Notes: generated by a model from the sequence alone, not told the origin. DNA of 64,000 nucleotides from Eledone cirrhosa (GCA_964016885.1 CAXHJY010001441.1:124001-188000), one strand, 5' to 3'. Counted from the stretch's first letter, positions 18,001 to 35,584 are shown. Numbers and translations are program-made.

Positions 18001-21000
18001 GTGAGACACTCACACACATAGACACAAGTGGACACACATACACATACAGTGAGACACTCACACACATAGACACAAGTGGACACACATACACATACAGTGA
18101 GACACTCACACACATAGACACAAGTGGACATACATACACATACAGACAGACACTCACACACATAGACACAAGTGGACACACATACACATACAGTGAGACA
18201 CTCACACACATAGACACAAGTGGACACACATACACATACAGAGAGACACTCACACACATAGACACAAGTGGACACACATACACATACAGTGAGACACTCA
18301 CACACATAGACACAAGTGACACACATACACATACAGACAGACACTCACACACATAGACACAAGTGGACACACATACACATACAGACAGACACTCACACAC
18401 ATAGACACAAGTTACTCACATACACATACAGACGGACACTCACACACATAGACACAAGTGTCACACATACACATACAGACAGACACTCACACACAAAGAC
18501 ACAAGTGACACTCACACACATAGACACAAGTGGACACACATACACATACAGTGAGACACTCTCACACATAGACACAAGTGGACACACATACACATACAGA
18601 CAGACACTCACACACATAGACACAAGTGGACACACATACACATACAGACAGACACTCACACACATAGACACAAGTGTCACACATACACATACAGTGAGAC
18701 ACTCACACACATAGACACAAGTGTCACACATACACATACAGTGAGACACTCACACACATACACACAAGTGTCACACATACACATACAGTGAGACACTCAC
18801 ACACATAGACACAAGTGGATACACATACACATACAGACAGACACTCACACACATAGACACAAGTGTCACACATACACATACAGTGAGACACTCACACACA
18901 TAGACACAAGTGGACACACATACACATACAGTGAGACACTCACACACATAGACACAAGTGTCACACATACACATACAGTGAGACACTCACACACATAGAC
19001 ACAAGTGGACACACATACACATACAGTGAGACACTCTCACACATAGACACAAGTGGACACACATACACATACAGACAGACACTCACACACATAGACACAA
19101 GTGGACACACATACACATACAGACAGACACTCACACACATAGATACAAGTGACACACATACACATACAGACAGACACTCACACACATAGACACAAGTGGA
19201 CACACATACACATACAGTGAGACACTCACACACATAGACACAAGTGTCACACATACACATACAGTGAGACACTCACACACATAGACACAAGTGTCACACA
19301 TACACATACAGACAGACACTCACACACATAGACACAAGTGACACACATACACATACATTGAGACACTCACACACATAGACACAAGTGTTACACATACACA
19401 TACAGTGAGGCACTCACACACATAGACACAAGTTGACACACATACACATACAGTGAGACACTCACACACATAGACACAAGTGGACACACATACACATACA
19501 GACAGACACTCACACACATAGACACAAGTGGACACACATACACATACATTGAGACACTCACACACATAGACACAAGTGTTACACATACACATACAGTGAG
19601 GCACTCACACACATAGACACAAGTTGACACACATACACATACAGACAGACACTCACACACATAGACACAAGTGGACACACATACACATACAGTGAGACAC
19701 TCACACACATATACACAAGTGACACACATACACATACATACAGACACTCACACACATAGACACAAGTGTCACACATACACATACAGTGAGACACTCACAC
19801 ACATAGACACAAGTGACACACATACACATACAGTGAGACACTCACACACATAGACACAAGTGGACACACATACACATACAGTGAGACACTCACACACATA
19901 TACACAAGTGACACACATACACATACATACAGACACTCACACACATAGACACAAGTGTCACACATACACATACAGACAGACACTCACACACATAGACACA
20001 AGTGTCACACATACACATACAGTGAGACACTCACACACATAGACACAAGTGGACACACATACACATACAGAGAGACACTCACGCACATAGACACAAGTGG
20101 ACACACATACACATACAGTGAGACACTCACACACATAGACACAAGTGGACACACATACACATACAGTGAGGCACTCACACACATAGACACAAGTGGACAC
20201 ACATACACATACAGTGAGACACTCACACACATAGACACAAGTGTCACACATACACATACAGTGAGACACTCTCACACATAGACACAAGTGGACACACATA
20301 CACATACAGACAGACACTCACACACATAGACACAAGTGGACACACATACACATACAGACAGACACTCACACACATAGACACAAGTGTCACACATACACAT
20401 ACAGTGAGGCACTCACACACATAGACACAAGTGTCACACATACACATACAGTGAGACACTCACACACATAGACACAAGTGGACACACATACACATACAGT
20501 GAGACACTCACACACATAGACACAAGTGGTCACACATACACATACAGACAGACACTCACACACATAGACACAAGTGGACACACATACACATACATTGAGA
20601 CACTCACACACATAGACACAAGTGTTACACATACACATACAGTGAGGCACTCACACACATAGACACAAGTTGACACACATACACATACAGACAGACACTC
20701 ACACACATAGACACAAGTGGACACACATACACATACATTGAGACACTCACACACATAGACACAAGTGTTACACATACACATACAGTGAGGCACTCACACA
20801 CATAGACACAAGTTGACACACATACACATACATACAGACACTCACACACATAGACACAAGTGTCACACATACACATACAGTGAGACACTCACACACATAG
20901 ACACAAGTGGACACACATACACATACAGAGAGACACTCACGCACATAGACACAAGTGGACACACATACACATACAGTGAGACACTCTCACACATAGACAC

Positions 21001-24000
21001 AAGTGGACACACATACACATACAGACAGACACTCACACACATAGACACAAGTGGACACACATACACATACAGACAGACACTCACACACATAGACACAAGT
21101 GTCACACATACACATACAGTGAGGCACTCACACACATAGACACAAGTGTCACACATACACATACAGTGAGACACTCACACACATAGACACAAGTGGACAC
21201 ACATACACATACAGTGAGACACTCACACACATAGACACAAGTGGACACACATACACATACAGTGAGACACTCTCACACATAGACACAAGTGGACACACAT
21301 ACACATACAGACAGACACTCTCACACATAGACACAAGTGGACACACATACACATACAGACAGACACTCACACACATAGACACAAGTGACACACATACACA
21401 TACAGACAGACACTCACACACATAGACACAAGTGGACACACATACACATACAGTGAGACACTCACACACATAGACACAAGTGTCACACATACACATACAG
21501 TGAGACACTCACACACATAGACACAAGTGGACACACATACACATACAGTGAGACACTCACACACATAGACACAAGTGGACACACATACACATACAGTGAG
21601 ACACTCACACACATAGACACAAGTGTCACACATACACATACAGTGAGACACTCACACACATAGACACAAGTGGACACACATACACATACAGTGAGACACT
21701 CACACACATAGACACAAGTGACACACATACACATACAGTGAGACACTCACACACATAGACACAAGTGGACACACATACACATACAGTGAGACACTCACAC
21801 ACATAGACACAAGTGGACACACATACACATACAGTGAGACACTCACACACATAGACACAAGTGGACACACATACACATACAGACAGACACTCACACACAT
21901 AGACACAAGTGGACACACATACACATACAGTGAGACACTCACACACATAGACACAAGTGTCACACATACACATACAGTGAGACACTCACACACATAGACA
22001 CAAGTGGACACACATACACATACAGTGAGACACTCACACACATAGACACAAGTGACACACATACACATACAGTGAGACACTCACACACATAGACACAAGT
22101 GGACACACATACACATACAGTGAGACACTCACACACATAGACACAAGTGGACACACATACACATACAGTGAGACACTCACACACATAGACACAAGTGGAC
22201 ACACATACACATACAGACAGACACTCACACACATAGACACAAGTGGACACACATACACATACAGTGAGACACTCACACACATAGACACAAGTGTCACACA
22301 TACACATACAGTGAGGCACTCACACACATAGACACAAGTGGACACACATACACATACAGACAGACACTCACACACATAGACACAAGTGGACACACATACA
22401 CATACAGTGAGACACTCACACACATAGACACAAGTGTCACACATACACATACAGACAGACACTCACACACATAGACAGAAGTGGACACACATACACATAC
22501 AGAGAGACACTCACACACATAGACACAAGTGGACACACATACACATACAGTGAGACACTCTCACACATAGACACAAGTGGACACACATACACATACAGAC
22601 AGACACTCACACACATAGACACAAGTGGACACACATACACATACAGACAGACACTCACACACATAGACACAAGTGTCACACATACACATACAGTGAGACA
22701 CTCACACACATAGACACAAGTGTCACACATACACATACAGTGAGACACTCACACACATAGACACAAGTGGACACACATACACATACAGTGAGACACTCAC
22801 ACACATAGACACAAGTGGACACACATACACATACAGTGAGACACTCTCACACATAGACACAAGTGGACACACATACACATACAGACAGACACTCACACAC
22901 ATAGACACAAGTGGACACACATACACATACAGACAGACACTCACACACATAGACACAAGTGACACACATACACATACAGTGAGACACTCTCACACATAGA
23001 CACAAGTGACACACATACACATACAGACAGACACTCACACACATAGACACAAGTGGACACACATACACATACAGTGAGACACTCACACACATAGACACAA
23101 GTGACACACATACACATACAGTGAGACACTCACACACATAGACACAAGTGTCACACATACACATACAGTGAGACACTCACACACATAGACACAAGTGGAC
23201 ACACATACACATACAGTGAGACACTCACACACATAGACACAAGTGGACACACATACACATACAGTGAGACACTCACACACATAGACACAAGTGGACATAC
23301 ATACACATACAGACAGACACTCACACACATAGACACAAGTGGACACACATACACATACAGTGAGACACTCACACACATAGACACAAGTGTCACACATACA
23401 CATACAGTGAGACACTCACACACATAGACACAAGTGGACACACATACACATACAGTGAGACACTCACACACATAGACACAAGTGGACACACATACACATA
23501 CAGTGAGACACTCACACACATAGACACAAGTGGACACACATACACATACAGTGAGACACTCACACACATAGACACAAGTGGACACACATACACATACAGT
23601 GAGACACTCACACACATAGACACAAGTGGACACACATACACATACAGTGAGACACTCACTCACAAAGACACAAGTGTCACACATGGCCATACAGTGAGAC
23701 ACTCACACACATAGACACAAGTGGACACACATACACATACAGACAGACACTCACACACATAGACACAAGTGGACACACATACACATACAGTGAGACACTC
23801 ACACACATAGACACAAGTGTCACACATACACATACAGTGAGGCACTCACACACATAGACACAAGTGGACACACATACACATACAGACAGACACTCACACA
23901 CATAGACACAAGTGGACACACATACACATACAGTGAGACACTCACACACATAGACACAAGTGGACACACATACACATACAGAGAGACACTCACACACATA

Positions 24001-27000
24001 GACACAAGTGGACACACATACACATACAGTGAGACACTCTCACACATAGACACAAGTGGACACACATACACATACAGACAGACACTCACACACATAGACA
24101 CAAGTGGACACACATACACATACAGACAGACACTCACACACATAGACACAAGTGTCACACATACACATACAGTGAGACACTCACACACATAGACACAAGT
24201 GTCACACATACACATACAGTGAGACACTCACACACATAGACACAAGTGGACACACATACACATACAGTGAGACACTAACACACATAGACACAAGTGTCAC
24301 ACATACACATACAGTGAGACACTCACACACATAGACACAAGTGGACACACATACACATACAGTGAGACACTCACACACATAGACACAAGTGGACACACAT
24401 ACACATACAGTGAGACACTCACACACATAGACACAAGTGGACACACATACACATACAGTGAGACACTCACACACATAGACACAAGTGGACACACATACAC
24501 ATACAGTGAGACACTCACACACATAGACACAAGTGGACATACATACACATACAGACAGACACTCACACACATAGACACAAGTGGACACACATACACATAC
24601 AGTGAGACACTCACACACATAGACACAAGTGGACACACATACACATACAGAGAGACACTCACACACATAGACACAAGTGGACACACATACACATACAGTG
24701 AGACACTCACACACAAAGACACAAGTGGACACACATACACATACAGTGAGACACTCACACACATAGACACAAGTGGAGACACATACACATACAGTGAGAC
24801 ACTCACACACATAGACACAAGTGGACACACATACACATACAGACAGACACTCACACACATAGACACAAGTGTCACACATACACATACAGTGAGACACTCA
24901 CACACATAGACACAAGTGGACACACATACACATACAGTGAGACACTCACACACATAGACACAAGTGACACACATACACATACAGACAGACACTCACACAC
25001 ATAGACACAAGTTACTCACATACACATACAGACGGACACTCACACACATAGACACAAGTGTCACACATACACATACAGACAGACACTCACACACAAAGAC
25101 ACAAGTGACACTCACACACATAGACACAAGTGGACACACATACACATACAGTGAGACACTCTCACACATAGACACAAGTGGACACACATACACATACAGA
25201 CAGACACTCACACACATAGACACAAGTGGACACACATACACATACAGACAGACACTCACACACATAGACACAAGTGTCACACATACACATACAGTGAGAC
25301 ACTCACACACATAGACACAAGTGTCACACATACACATACAGTGAGACACTCACACACATAGACACAAGTGTCACACATACACATACAGTGAGACACTCAC
25401 ACACATAGACACAAGTGTCACACATACACATACAGTGAGACACTCACACACATAGACACAAGTGTCACACATACACATACAGTGAGACACTCACACACAT
25501 AGACACAAGTGGACACACATACACATACAGTGAGACACTCACACACATAGACACAAGTGTCACACATACACATACAGTGAGACACTCACACACATAGACA
25601 CAAGTGGACACACATACACATACAGTGAGACACTCTCACACATAGACACAAGTGGACACACATACACATACAGACAGACACTCACACACATAGACACAAG
25701 TGGACACACATACACATACAGACAGACACTCACACACATAGATACAAGTGACACACATACACATACAGACAGACACTCACACACATAGACACAAGTGGAC
25801 ACACATACACATACAGTGAGACACTCACACACATAGACACAAGTGTCACACATACACATACAGTGAGACACTCACACACATAGACACAAGTGACACACAT
25901 ACACATACAGTGAGACACTCACACACATAGACACAAGTGGACACACATACACATACAGTGAGACACTCACACACATAGACACAAGTGACACACATACACA
26001 TACAGTGAGACACTCACACACATAGACACAAGTGGACACACATACACATACAGTGAGACACTCACACACATATACACAAGTGACACACATACACATACAT
26101 ACAGACACTCACACACATAGACACAAGTGTCACACATACACATACAGACAGACACTCACACACATAGACACAAGTGTCACACATACACATACAGTGAGAC
26201 ACTCACACACATAGACACAAGTGGACACACATACACATACAGAGAGACACTCACGCACATAGACACAAGTGGACACACATACACATACAGTGAGACACTC
26301 ACACACATAGACACAAGTGGACACACATACACATACAGTGAGGCACTCACACACATAGACACAAGTGGACACACATACACATACAGTGAGACACTCACAC
26401 ACATAGACACAAGTGTCACACATACACATACAGTGAGACACTCTCACACATAGACACAAGTGGACACACATACACATACAGACAGACACTCACACACATA
26501 GACACAAGTGGACACACATACACATACAGACAGACACTCACACACATAGACACAAGTGTCACACATACACATACAGTGAGGCACTCACACACATAGACAC
26601 AAGTGTCACACATACACATACAGTGAGACACTCACACACATAGACACAAGTGGACACACATACACATACAGTGAGACACTCACACACATAGACACAAGTG
26701 GTCACACATACACATACAGACAGACACTCACACACATAGACACAAGTGGACACACATACACATACATTGAGACACTCACACACATAGACACAAGTGTTAC
26801 ACATACACATACAGTGAGGCACTCACACACATAGACACAAGTTGACACACATACACATACAGACAGACACTCACACACATAGACACAAGTGGACACACAT
26901 ACACATACATTGAGACACTCACACACATAGACACAAGTGTTACACATACACATACAGTGAGGCACTCACACACATAGACACAAGTTGACACACATACACA

Positions 27001-30000
27001 TACATACAGACACTCACACACATAGACACAAGTGTCACACATACACATATAGTGAGACACTCACACACATAGACACAAGTGGACACACATACACATACAG
27101 AGAGACACTCACGCACATAGACACAAGTGGACACACATACACATACAGTGAGACACTCTCACACATAGACACAAGTGGACACACATACACATACAGACAG
27201 ACACTCACACACATAGACACAAGTGGACACACATACACATACAGACAGACACTCACACACATAGACACAAGTGTCACACATACACATACAGTGAGGCACT
27301 CACACACATAGACACAAGTGTCACACATACACATACAGTGAGACACTCACACACATAGACACAAGTGGACACACATACACATACAGTGAGACACTCACAC
27401 ACATAGACACAAGTGGACACACATACACATACAGTGAGACACTCTCACACATAGACACAAGTGGACACACATACACATACAGACAGACACTCTCACACAT
27501 AGACACAAGTGGACACACATACACATACAGACAGACACTCACACACATAGACACAAGTGACACACATACACATACAGACAGACACTCACACACATAGACA
27601 CAAGTGGACACACATACACATACAGTGAGACACTCACACACATAGACACAAGTGTCACACATACACATACAGTGAGACACTCACACACATAGACACAAGT
27701 GGACACACATACACATACAGTGAGACACTCACACACATAGACACAAGTGGACACACATACACATACAGTGAGACACTCACACACATAGACACAAGTGTCA
27801 CACATACACATACAGTGAGACACTCACACACATAGACACAAGTGGACACACATACACATACAGTGAGACACTCACACACATAGACACAAGTGACACACAT
27901 ACACATACAGTGAGACACTCACACACATAGACACAAGTGGACACACATACACATACAGTGAGACACTCACACACATAGACACAAGTGGACACACATACAC
28001 ATACAGTGAGACACTCACACACATAGACACAAGTGGACACACATACACATACAGACAGACACTCACACACATAGACACAAGTGGACACACATACACATAC
28101 AGTGAGACACTCACACACATAGACACAAGTGTCACACATACACATACAGTGAGACACTCACACACATAGACACAAGTGGACACACATACACATACAGTGA
28201 GACACTCACACACATAGACACAAGTGACACACATACACATACAGTGAGACACTCACACACATAGACACAAGTGGACACACATACACATACAGTGAGACAC
28301 TCACACACATAGACACAAGTGGACACACATACACATACAGTGAGACACTCACACACATAGACACAAGTGGACACACATACACATACAGACAGACACTCAC
28401 ACACATAGACACAAGTGGACACACATACACATACAGTGAGACACTCACACACATAGACACAAGTGTCACACATACACATACAGTGAGGCACTCACACACA
28501 TAGACACAAGTGGACACACATACACATACAGACAGACACTCACACACATAGACACAAGTGGACACACATACACATACAGTGAGACACTCACACACATAGA
28601 CACCAGTGTCACACATACACATACAGACAGACACTCACACACATAGACAGAAGTGGACACACATACACATACAGAGAGACACTCACACACATAGACACAA
28701 GTGGACACACATACACATACAGTGAGACACTCTCACACATAGACACAAGTGGACACACATACACATACAGACAGACACTCACACACATAGACACAAGTGG
28801 ACACACATACACATACAGACAGACACTCACACACATAGACACAAGTGTCACACATACACATACAGTGAGACACTCACACACATAGACACAAGTGTCACAC
28901 ATACACATACAGTGAGACACTCACACACATAGACACAAGTGGACACACATACACATACAGTGAGACACTCACACACATAGACACAAGTGGACACACATAC
29001 ACATACAGTGAGACACTCTCACACATAGACACAAGTGGACACACATACACATACAGACAGACACTCACACACATAGACACAAGTGGACACACATACACAT
29101 ACAGACAGACACTCACACACATAGACACAAGTGACACACATACACATACAGTGAGACACTCTCACACATAGACACAAGTGACACACATACACATACAGAC
29201 AGACACTCACACACATAGACACAAGTGGACACACATACACATACAGTGAGACACTCACACACATAGACACAAGTGACACACATACACATACAGTGAGACA
29301 CTCACACACATAGACACAAGTGTCACACATACACATACAGTGAGACACTCACACACATAGACACAAGTGGACACACATACACATACAGTGAGACACTCAC
29401 ACACATAGACACAAGTGGACACACATACACATACAGTGAGACACTCACACACATAGACACAAGTGGACATACATACACATACAGACAGACACTCACACAC
29501 ATAGACACAAGTGGACACACATACACATACAGTGAGACACTCACACACATAGACACAAGTGTCACACATACACATACAGTGAGACACTCACACACATAGA
29601 CACAAGTGGACACACATACACATACAGTGAGACACTCACACACATAGACACAAGTGGACACACATACACATACAGTGAGACACTCACACACATAGACACA
29701 AGTGGACACACATACACATACAGTGAGACACTCACACACATAGACACAAGTGGACACACATACACATACAGTGAGACACTCACACACATAGACACAAGTG
29801 GACACACATACACATACAGTGAGACACTCACTCACAAAGACACAAGTGTCACACATGGCCATACAGTGAGACACTCACACACATAGACACAAGTGGACAC
29901 ACATACACATACAGACAGACACTCACACACATAGACACAAGTGGACACACATACACATACAGTGAGACACTCACACACATAGACACAAGTGTCACACATA

Positions 30001-33000
30001 CACATACAGTGAGGCACTCACACACATAGACACAAGTGGACACACATACACATACAGACAGACACTCACACACATAGACACAAGTGGACACACATACACA
30101 TACAGTGAGACACTCACACACATAGACACAAGTGGACACACATACACATACAGAGAGACACTCACACACATAGACACAAGTGGACACACATACACATACA
30201 GTGAGACACTCTCACACATAGACACAAGTGGACACACATACACATACAGACAGACACTCACACACATAGACACAAGTGGACACACATACACATACAGACA
30301 GACACTCACACACATAGACACAAGTGTCACACATACACATACAGTGAGACACTCACACACATAGACACAAGTGTCACACATACACATACAGTGAGACACT
30401 CACACACATAGACACAAGTGGACACACATACACATACAGTGAGACACTAACACACATAGACACAAGTGTCACACATACACATACAGTGAGACACTCACAC
30501 ACATAGACACAAGTGGACACACATACACATACAGTGAGACACTCACACACATAGACACAAGTGGACACACATACACATACAGTGAGACACTCACACACAT
30601 AGACACAAGTGGACACACATACACATACAGTGAGACACTCACACACATAGACACAAGTGGACACACATACACATACAGTGAGACACTCACACACATAGAC
30701 ACAAGTGGACATACATACACATACAGACAGACACTCACACACATAGACACAAGTGGACACACATACACATACAGTGAGACACTCACACACATAGACACAA
30801 GTGGACACACATACACATACAGAGAGACACTCACACACATAGACACAAGTGGACACACATACACATACAGTGAGACACTCACACACAAAGACACAAGTGG
30901 ACACACATACACATACAGTGAGACACTCACACACATAGACACAAGTGGAGACACATACACATACAGTGAGACACTCACACACATAGACACAAGTGGACAC
31001 ACATACACATACAGACAGACACTCACACACATAGACACAAGTGTCACACATACACATACAGTGAGACACTCACACACATAGACACAAGTGGACACACATA
31101 CACATACAGTGAGACACTCACACACATAGACACAAGTGACACACATACACATACAGACAGACACTCACACACATAGACACAAGTTACTCACATACACATA
31201 CAGACGGACACTCACACACATAGACACAAGTGTCACACATACACATACAGACAGACACTCACACACAAAGACACAAGTGACACTCACACACATAGACACA
31301 AGTGGACACACATACACATACAGTGAGACACTCTCACACATAGACACAAGTGGACACACATACACATACAGACAGACACTCACACACATAGACACAAGTG
31401 GACACACATACACATACAGACAGACACTCACACACATAGACACAAGTGTCACACATACACATACAGTGAGACACTCACACACATAGACACAAGTGTCACA
31501 CATACACATACAGTGAGACACTCACACACATAGACACAAGTGTCACACATACACATACAGTGAGACACTCACACACATAGACACAAGTGTCACACATACA
31601 CATACAGTGAGACACTCACACACATAGACACAAGTGTCACACATACACATACAGTGAGACACTCACACACATAGACACAAGTGGACACACATACACATAC
31701 AGTGAGACACTCACACACATAGACACAAGTGTCACACATACACATACAGTGAGACACTCACACACATAGACACAAGTGGACACACATACACATACAGTGA
31801 GACACTCTCACACATAGACACAAGTGGACACACATACACATACAGACAGACACTCACACACATAGACACAAGTGGACACACATACACATACAGACAGACA
31901 CTCACACACATAGATACAAGTGACACACATACACATACAGACAGACACTCACACACATAGACACAAGTGGACACACATACACATACAGTGAGACACTCAC
32001 ACACATAGACACAAGTGTCACACATACACATACAGTGAGACACTCACACACATAGACACAAGTGACACACATACACATACAGTGAGACACTCACACACAT
32101 AGACACAAGTGGACACACATACACATACAGTGAGACACTCACACACATAGACACAAGTGGACACACATACACATACAGTGAGACACTCACACACATAGAC
32201 ACAAGTGGACACACACATACAGTGAGACACTCACACACATAGACACAAGTGGACACACATACACATACAGTGAGACACTCACACACATAGACACAAGTGG
32301 TCACACATACACATACAGACAGACACTCACACACATAGACACAAGTGGACACACATACACATACATTGAGACACTCACACACATAGACACAAGTGTTACA
32401 CATACACATACAGTGAGGCACTCACACACATAGACACAAGTTGACACACATACACATACAGACAGACACTCACACACATAGACACAAGTGGACACACATA
32501 CACATACAGTGAGACACTCACACACATAGACACAAGTGGACACACATACACATACAGAGAGACACTCACGCACATAGACACAAGTGGACACACATACACA
32601 TACAGTGAGACACTCTCACACATAGACACAAGTGGACACACATACACATACAGACAGACACTCACACACATAGACACAAGTGGACACACATACACATACA
32701 GACAGACACTCACACACATAGACACAAGTGTCACACATACACATACAGTGAGGCACTCACACACATAGACACAAGTGTCACACATACACATACAGTGAGA
32801 CACTCACACACATAGACACAAGTGGACACACATACACATACAGTGAGACACTCTCACACATAGACACAAGTGGACACACATACACATACAGACAGACACT
32901 CTCACACATAGACACAAGTGGACACACATACACATACAGACAGACACTCACACACATAGACACAAGTGACACACATACACATACAGACAGACACTCACAC

Positions 33001-35000
33001 ACATAGACACAAGTGGACACACATACACATACAGTGAGACACTCACACACATAGACACAAGTGTCACACATACACATACAGTGAGACACTCACACACATA
33101 GACACAAGTGGACACACATACACATACAGTGAGACACTCACACACATAGACACAAGTGGACACACATACACATACAGTGAGACACTCACACACATAGACA
33201 CAAGTGGACACACATACACATACAGTGAGACACTCACACACATAGACACAAGTGGACACACATACACATACAGTGAGACACTCACACACATAGACACAAG
33301 TGGACATACATACACATACAGACAGACACTCACACACATAGACACAAGTGGACACACATACACATACAGAGAGACACTCACACACATAGACACAAGTGGA
33401 CACACATACACATACAGTGAGACACTCTCACACATAGACACAAGTGGACACACATACACATACAGACAGACACTCACACACATAGACACAAGTGGACACA
33501 CATACACATACAGACAGACACTCACACACATAGACACAAGTGTCACACATACACATACAGTGAGACACTCACACACATAGACACAAGTGTCACACATACA
33601 CATACAGTGAGACACTCACACACATAGACACAAGTGGACACACATACACATACAGTGAGACACTCACACACATAGACACAAGTGGACACACATACACATA
33701 CAGTGAGACACTCTCACACATAGACACAAGTGGACACACATACACATACAGACAGACACTCACACACATAGACACAAGTGGACACACATACACATACAGA
33801 CAGACACTCACACACATAGACACAAGTGACACACATACACATACAGACAGACACTCACACACATAGACACAAGTGGACACACATACACATACAGTGAGAC
33901 ACTCACACACATAGACACAAGTGTCACACATACACATACAGTGAGACACTCACACACATAGACACAAGTGAACACACATACACATACAGACAGACACTCA
34001 CACACATAGACACAAGTGGACACACATACACATACAGTGAGACACTCACACACATAGACACAAGTGGACACACATACACATACAGTGAGACACTCACACA
34101 CATAGACACAAGTGGACACACATACACATACAGTGAGACACTCACACACATAGACACAAGTGGACACACATACACATACAGTGAGACACTCACACACATA
34201 GACACAAGTGGACATACATACACATACAGACAGACACTCACACACATAGACACAAGTGGACACACATACACATACAGACAGACACTCACACACATAGACA
34301 CAAGTGGACACACATACACATACAGTGAGATACTCACACACATAGACACAAGTGGACACACATACACATACAGTGAGACACTCACACACATAGACACAAG
34401 TGGACACACATACACATACAGTGAGACACTCACACACATAGACACAAGTGTCACACATACACATACAGACAGACACTCACACACATAGACACAAGTGGAC
34501 ACACATACACATACAGTGAGACACTCACACACATAGACACAAGTGGACACACATACACATACAGAGAGACACTCACACACATAGACACAAGTGGACACAC
34601 ATACACATACAGTGAGACACTCACACACATAGACACAAGTGTCACACATACACATACAGACAGACACTCACACACATAGACACAAGTGGACACACATACA
34701 CATACAGAGAGACACTCACACACATAGACACAAGTGGACACACATACACATACAGTGAGACACTCACACACATAGACACAAGTGGACACACATACACATA
34801 CAGTGAGACACTCACACACATAGACACAAGTGGACACACATACACATACAGTGAGACACTCACACACATAGACACAAGTGGACACACATACACATACAGT
34901 GAGACACTCACACACATAGACACAAGTGGACACACATACACATACAGTGAGACACTCACACACATAGACACAAGTGGACACACATACACATACAGTGTGA
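1..35000. repeat. CA-rich 47/48-bp tandem satellite (about 730 units), open at the left window edge
   Basis: Continuous head-to-tail units with consensus CACACATACACATACAGTGAGACACTCACACACATAGACACAAGTGGA. The 47-bp variants have GTGA or GTGT in place of GTGGA; common internal variants are CAGACAGAC, CAGAGAGAC and GTGAGGC. The unit count is length divided by about 47.7. The array ends abruptly near 35,000. Confidence 0.99.
19772..32157. repeat. 6,172-bp tandem duplication (two copies) inside the satellite
   Basis: Rare variants recur at exactly +6172: TGGCCA at 23684 and 29856, GTTACTCA at 25011 and 31183. The ORF-track entries pair with the same offset (19795/25967, 24202/30374, 25730/31902). 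Boundaries were estimated from the first discordant variants. Confidence 0.92.
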
Positions 35001-35359
35001 CATTCACAGATACATATATAGAAACACACACATATATATATATCGACATATACATACAGATAGCTGCTCACACTTACAAACATATACACACACACACACA
35101 TACATATCTACATACACATACAGACAGACACGCACACACAAAATCAAAATTGGACACACATACACATACAGACAGACACTCATACATACATATACACACA
35201 CACATATATATCTACATAGAGTTAGCCGCTCACACATATATACATACATACATATACACACACACATATATCTACATACACATACAGACAGACACTAACA
35301 CATACATACACACACACACATATATATATATCTACATACACATGCAGATAGCCGCTAAC

Positions 35360-35390
<31 letters not shown>

Positions 35391-35584
35391 CATACATCTA
35401 CATACACATACAGATATCCGCTCACACATACACATATACATACATATACACACACACACATATATATATCTACATACACATGCAGATAGCCGCTCACACA
35501 TACATACATACATACATACATACATACATACATACATACATACATACATACATACACACATACACACATGCATACATACATACA
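35001..35584. repeat. Degenerate compound minisatellite (TATCTACATACACATACAGATAGCCGCTCACACATAC-like) ending in (ATAC)n
   Basis: Repeated motif TCTACATACACAT(A/G)CAGATAGCCGCTCACACA separated by variable (CA)n/(TA)n/(ATAC)n runs. Confidence 0.85.

Noticed and set aside
1-35000. CRISPR-like array
   Set aside because: There are no unique spacers and no cas genes, and the context is eukaryotic.
1-35000. Telomeric repeat
   Set aside because: No TTAGGG-type short G-rich unit is present; the unit is 47/48 bp.
48-35100. Hundreds of Cys/Val-rich and His/Thr-rich ORFs (metallothionein-like or structural-protein-like)
   Set aside because: These are translations of the (TG)/(CA)-rich 48-bp unit. The 47-bp variants shift frame constantly, so no frame is preserved.
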